Part shown: positions 24,763 through 27,530 of the stretch, piece by piece | How positions within the stretch are numbered: position 1 is the first letter of the stretch | Layout of the letters: the number at the start of each line of letters is the position of its first letter | IMG/VR virus record: IMGVR_UViG_3300012041_000057 | Location: 1-27,530 of that record | DNA length: 27,530 nt | Origin: a virus | Taxonomy: Duplodnaviria; Caudoviricetes | Direction: 5' to 3' (one strand) | The notes under the pieces: model-generated | What the model was told of the DNA's origin: nothing | The model's input: the letters and a program-made list of their open reading frames with translations, nothing else | Database searches by the model: none | Position numbers and translations under genes: made by a program

Positions 24763-25323
24763 GCGACTGCGCCCCATCCAAACCGCCCGAACTCGCCCGC
24801 AGCGTCGCGGCTCGGCTGACTGCGAAAATCGAACGCGAACTCGGCCAGATAGCTGCCGGTCCAACGGAAATCAATCGAGGCTACTGGGCTTACAACTCTG
24901 ACGTGTTCCGCTGGTGCGTGGCCATCAACGAGGACGGCCATCAACGCTACTACGGCTGCTCGACCGCGATGGTGAACTGCCTCAAAGGAAAACTCACTCG
25001 CTGGAAAAACAGAGGCCACGGCGAGTGGGAGATAATCGTAGAGCACGTCCGCAGGCGGAGAGGGTGTCCGACCTGCGAAAGAATATCGGCGGCACTGGCG
25101 GAAAGCTCATTCGCTCCAGCGACCTTGTTAGAAGGCGTGGAACGGGCGCTCACAAAAATCAATGAAGCCGAGGGATACTTGCTACTCGGGAAAATCGCCA
25201 GTGGTAAAAACATGCTTGGAGACGGCAAGGCCATTCTTGAGAAAGTGGTAGAGCGGTGGCCCACGTCTTCTGGAAGATTTCGTTTATTACCCGACGAACG
25301 CCGCAATGTATCGGTTGGAGGTG
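24698..25323. repeat. 53-bp perfect direct repeat (24698-24750, 25271-25323)
   Basis: TGGAAGATTTCGTTTATTACCCGACGAACGCCGCAATGTATCGGTTGGAGGTG occurs twice. Confidence 0.97.
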
Positions 25324-25370
25324 TCCGGCGACTCAAACCAGAAATCAAAATGAACAGCAGCGCGGAATGA
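24759..25370 (+). CDS. Hypothetical protein between the direct repeats (possibly a fusion)
   Basis: 203 aa, ATGA-coupled; the C-terminus reads repeat copy 2 in a shifted frame. Confidence 0.6.
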   Translation: MSDCAPSKPPELARSVAARLTAKIERELGQIAAGPTEINRGYWAYNSDVFRWCVAINEDGHQRYYGCSTAMVNCLKGKLTRWKNRGHGEWEIIVEHVRRRRGCPTCERISAALAESSFAPATLLEGVERALTKINEAEGYLLLGKIASGKNMLGDGKAILEKVVERWPTSSGRFRLLPDERRNVSVGGVRRLKPEIKMNSSAE

Positions 25371-25798
25371 TAGACAACAGACTACAGCCAGGAACGGAAG
25401 AACCAGCAATGCCAGCGACAACATGGGATGGCGAGCCTCCAGTTGCGGGTTCAGCCGCAACGGTCGTGTGGTCAGTCCAAGAACTGAACTACCTGCTCGC
25501 TGCCTGCATGATCGCCGACCGAGAAACAGTGACCGGAGGAATAAAAGACGACGAAGGAGTAAAGGCTGCGCTGCCGCTCCTGAAGCAAAAACTATCCGAT
25601 GCCTGCGCCTCCAAAATTATGAGTGACTCGAAACTAAAAAGGGCCGGTTCGGCGGACTTTGCGATGTGGCTCTGTCCTCGCTGCCGAAGAACGGTGCAAT
25701 GTCCGAATCCAAGCACAAGCCAGCCTGACACAACCTGTCGCTGCGACTTCCCGCGCTCCGTCACAATCATGGCGCTCGTCTGGCCCGCCGCCGAATAA
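25367..25798 (+). CDS. Hypothetical protein (possibly two fused small genes; second ATG at 25619)
   Basis: ATGA-coupled start; C-terminal CPRC...CRC. Confidence 0.5.
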   Translation: MIDNRLQPGTEEPAMPATTWDGEPPVAGSAATVVWSVQELNYLLAACMIADRETVTGGIKDDEGVKAALPLLKQKLSDACASKIMSDSKLKRAGSADFAMWLCPRCRRTVQCPNPSTSQPDTTCRCDFPRSVTIMALVWPAAE

Positions 25799-25799
25799 T

Positions 25800-27023
25800 A
25801 TGGACGATCTAAAGCAAGACACGCTCGACTCGAAAGCAGTGCCAGCCGAAGCCCTGGAGCGCATGGTTAGACCGCTGACACACCACGAAGAATCTGCCGG
25901 GTTGGTTTCAGCCAGCAAGTTTGAGATGGTTGCCGCCTGTGAGGGGCAACCTCAATTCGAGGCGCAATTGCGAGAACAACTCATGATCGAAGAACTTCCT
26001 GCTGACGAGCAGGCCGAGCGTGGAATTAGAATTCACCGCGCCTGGGAAACCAATGACACATCTGGACTATCTGAAGAAGAGATTGCCGATTTCGAGCGCA
26101 CCAAGGAGATTGACTTGGAACTGATGGACCAGTGGCTTAACGATAAAGGCCCAATTGATGTCGATAAGACCGAGGAGCGTCTTTGGCTTAGGGATGACGA
26201 CGGAAATGGACTCGCATCCGGACGTTACGACCGGCTCTCCATCTCTGGCCACCATGCCTTCGTACGCGATCTCAAAAGTGGCTGGTGCAAGCGCCTCACT
26301 CCATCACAGCAGTCTTGGCAGCTTCGTTTACTTGCTGTGCTGGTCTGGTTGGAATACGGACCACGATATGGCTTCGAGAGTGTCCGCGTGGCATTCGTGA
26401 AGCCGAAGCTTCGCAACGCTACCGACGTTGCAGAATACTCACTTAATGACCTGCATCGCAGCATGGTGTCGGTGCGACAAATCCTTTGGCGATCACAACA
26501 GCCCGATGTGAAGAGACAGGCTGGCGACCATTGTTTCTATTGCGTGTGTCGCAAGTGGTGCCGCGAAGCCGCCGCTTACTCCATGCTCCCCTCCGTCATT
26601 GCCGGGGCGCAATCGCCAGTCAAGAAGGCTGAGGTCGAGATCATGGTTCAGCGCTTGACGCCAGCCGACTGGGTGAAAATCCATCAAGTTGGCACGATGA
26701 CGGCGAACATTGTGGCTGAGGCGAGACGATGTTTGAAGACCCTCACTGCCGACGATCTGCGGAAGTTTGGACTTCAAGTAGGCGAAGGTCGACGCTTGGA
26801 TCCCATCACGAATGTCATCGGCGCTTACAAGGCATTGGAGCACTCTTTACCACCAGAAGCCCTGTGGGATTGCCTCTCATTCGAGAAGGGCAAGATTGTG
26901 GAGGCCGTTCAGACCTCCACAAACATGACCAAGAAAGACGCACAGCAATGGGTCAGAGAAACCTTGTCGCCGTTTGTGACTGAGGAGAGGGCGAGCGGGA
27001 GTTTGGAGGAGACTGACGATTAG
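25800..27023 (+). CDS. Cas4-like PD-(D/E)XK exonuclease (DUF2800-like), probable RecT partner
   Basis: SASK...C, ERGIRIH, TEERL, SGRYD, VRDLKSG, QLRLLA, CFYC...C; ATG 1 nt after the upstream stop. Confidence 0.85.
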   Translation: MDDLKQDTLDSKAVPAEALERMVRPLTHHEESAGLVSASKFEMVAACEGQPQFEAQLREQLMIEELPADEQAERGIRIHRAWETNDTSGLSEEEIADFERTKEIDLELMDQWLNDKGPIDVDKTEERLWLRDDDGNGLASGRYDRLSISGHHAFVRDLKSGWCKRLTPSQQSWQLRLLAVLVWLEYGPRYGFESVRVAFVKPKLRNATDVAEYSLNDLHRSMVSVRQILWRSQQPDVKRQAGDHCFYCVCRKWCREAAAYSMLPSVIAGAQSPVKKAEVEIMVQRLTPADWVKIHQVGTMTANIVAEARRCLKTLTADDLRKFGLQVGEGRRLDPITNVIGAYKALEHSLPPEALWDCLSFEKGKIVEAVQTSTNMTKKDAQQWVRETLSPFVTEERASGSLEETDD

Positions 27024-27032
27024 TGTACGATT

Positions 27033-27119
27033 ATGGGATACTGCAAAGACTGTAAATTTCGAGACGCGGAGAATGCAACCCCGACGACCTCGTGGTGGCC
27101 TAACGGTCGGGATCAGTGA
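27033..27119 (+). CDS. Very short or truncated ORF ending inside the attC-like site
   Basis: MGYCKDCKFRDAENATPTTSWWPNGRDQ; CxxC start suggests a truncated gene. Confidence 0.4.
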   Translation: MGYCKDCKFRDAENATPTTSWWPNGRDQ

Positions 27120-27208
27120 CCCGGCGCGAAAACCAAAATCTAAAATATGCCAACAATTCATCAAACTGCCCAACACTCCGCCGGGTTCACTGCATCCCGT
27201 GGTTCGGC
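27098..27208 (-). mobile_element. attC-like recombination site A (inverted relative to the genes)
   Basis: Minus strand: GCCGAAC-CACGG-GATGCAGTGAACCCGGCG...CGCCGGGTCACTGATC-CCGACC-GTTAGGC; a 19-bp arm pairing with two single extrahelical bases. Confidence 0.75.
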
Positions 27209-27437
27209 ACTGCTACCGTGTCCGTTCTGCGGTGGTGAAGCTGAATCCGACATGCAGCAAGCCTTCCGCACACTCTCTGGCGGATACCTGTCAAACGCCG
27301 TCGCGATCTACTGCACTAAATGCACGGCCCAAGTCAGCATGTGCCACGACGACCACAAGGAATACGCGCCAGAAGACCTGATGACGATACTCGCCGAGGC
27401 GTGGAATCTGCGTGTGCCTAACGAAAAGGTCAGCTAA
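27147..27437 (+). CDS. Lar-family (restriction alleviation-like) zinc-ribbon protein
   Basis: LLPCPFCGGEA...IYCTKC...AEAWNLR signature. Confidence 0.8.
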   Translation: MPTIHQTAQHSAGFTASRGSALLPCPFCGGEAESDMQQAFRTLSGGYLSNAVAIYCTKCTAQVSMCHDDHKEYAPEDLMTILAEAWNLRVPNEKVS

Positions 27438-27530
27438 GTGGCTGGCCGGAAAGACCAAATGCACCCAACTGAATTTGAACGCCGGGCGAAGCAATTCGCG
27501 TCCGAAAAACCCAAGAGCGAAGCCACTTTA
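27416..27530 (-). mobile_element. attC-like site B, truncated by the window end
   Basis: Plus strand GCCTAAC-GAAAAGG-TCAGCTAAGTGGCT...AGCCACTTTA at 27521-27530 (complement of TAAGTGGCT with one extra T, as in site A). Confidence 0.6.
27459..27530 (+). CDS. Partial CDS starting in the loop of site B
   Basis: ATG 27459, MHPTEFERRAKQFASEKPKSEATL..., open to the window edge. Confidence 0.45.
   Translation, partial: MHPTEFERRAKQFASEKPKSEATL

Noticed and set aside
24698-25323. 53-bp repeat as a DGR template/variable pair or CRISPR repeat
   Set aside because: Copies are identical with no adenine-specific differences, no reverse transcriptase is present, and there are only two copies 520 bp apart.
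25800-27023. Cas4-like gene as evidence of a CRISPR-Cas system
   Set aside because: No repeat-spacer array or other cas genes; stand-alone Cas4-like exonucleases near RecT are common in phages.
3324-27437. Stop-codon reassignment
   Set aside because: Core genes are intact in the standard code, and TAA, TAG and TGA all end well-supported genes.

Overview
A 27.5 kb segment of a tailed dsDNA phage or prophage, probably podovirus-like. The host is possibly a Verrucomicrobiota bacterium (weak inference from one secreted-protein motif). Left: minus-strand virion genes (a partial nozzle/DNA-stabilisation-like gene missed by the ORF track, and a tail-fibre-like gene) diverge from a plus-strand terminase large subunit - small genes - portal block. 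The terminase carries a 352-aa intein. Inside it, a zinc-finger + Vsr/DUF559-type endonuclease gene is nested in the +1 frame, with its own embedded promoter, and both frames stay open. Middle: small accessory genes, a lipoprotein, VRR-NUC, GIY-YIG and two HNH nucleases, a C4-like structured RNA, an AEP-type primase, a RepA/AAA_25 helicase, an iteron-rich origin candidate and a distant TerS-like gene. Right: early/accessory genes, RecT, a Cas4-like exonuclease, a 53-bp direct repeat around an inserted gene, and integron attC-like hairpins. These hairpins are inverted relative to the genes and hold the stop codon of the upstream gene and the start codon of the downstream gene. No integrase, major capsid gene, tRNA or CRISPR array is visible. 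All calls come from motifs read by eye; no searches were run.
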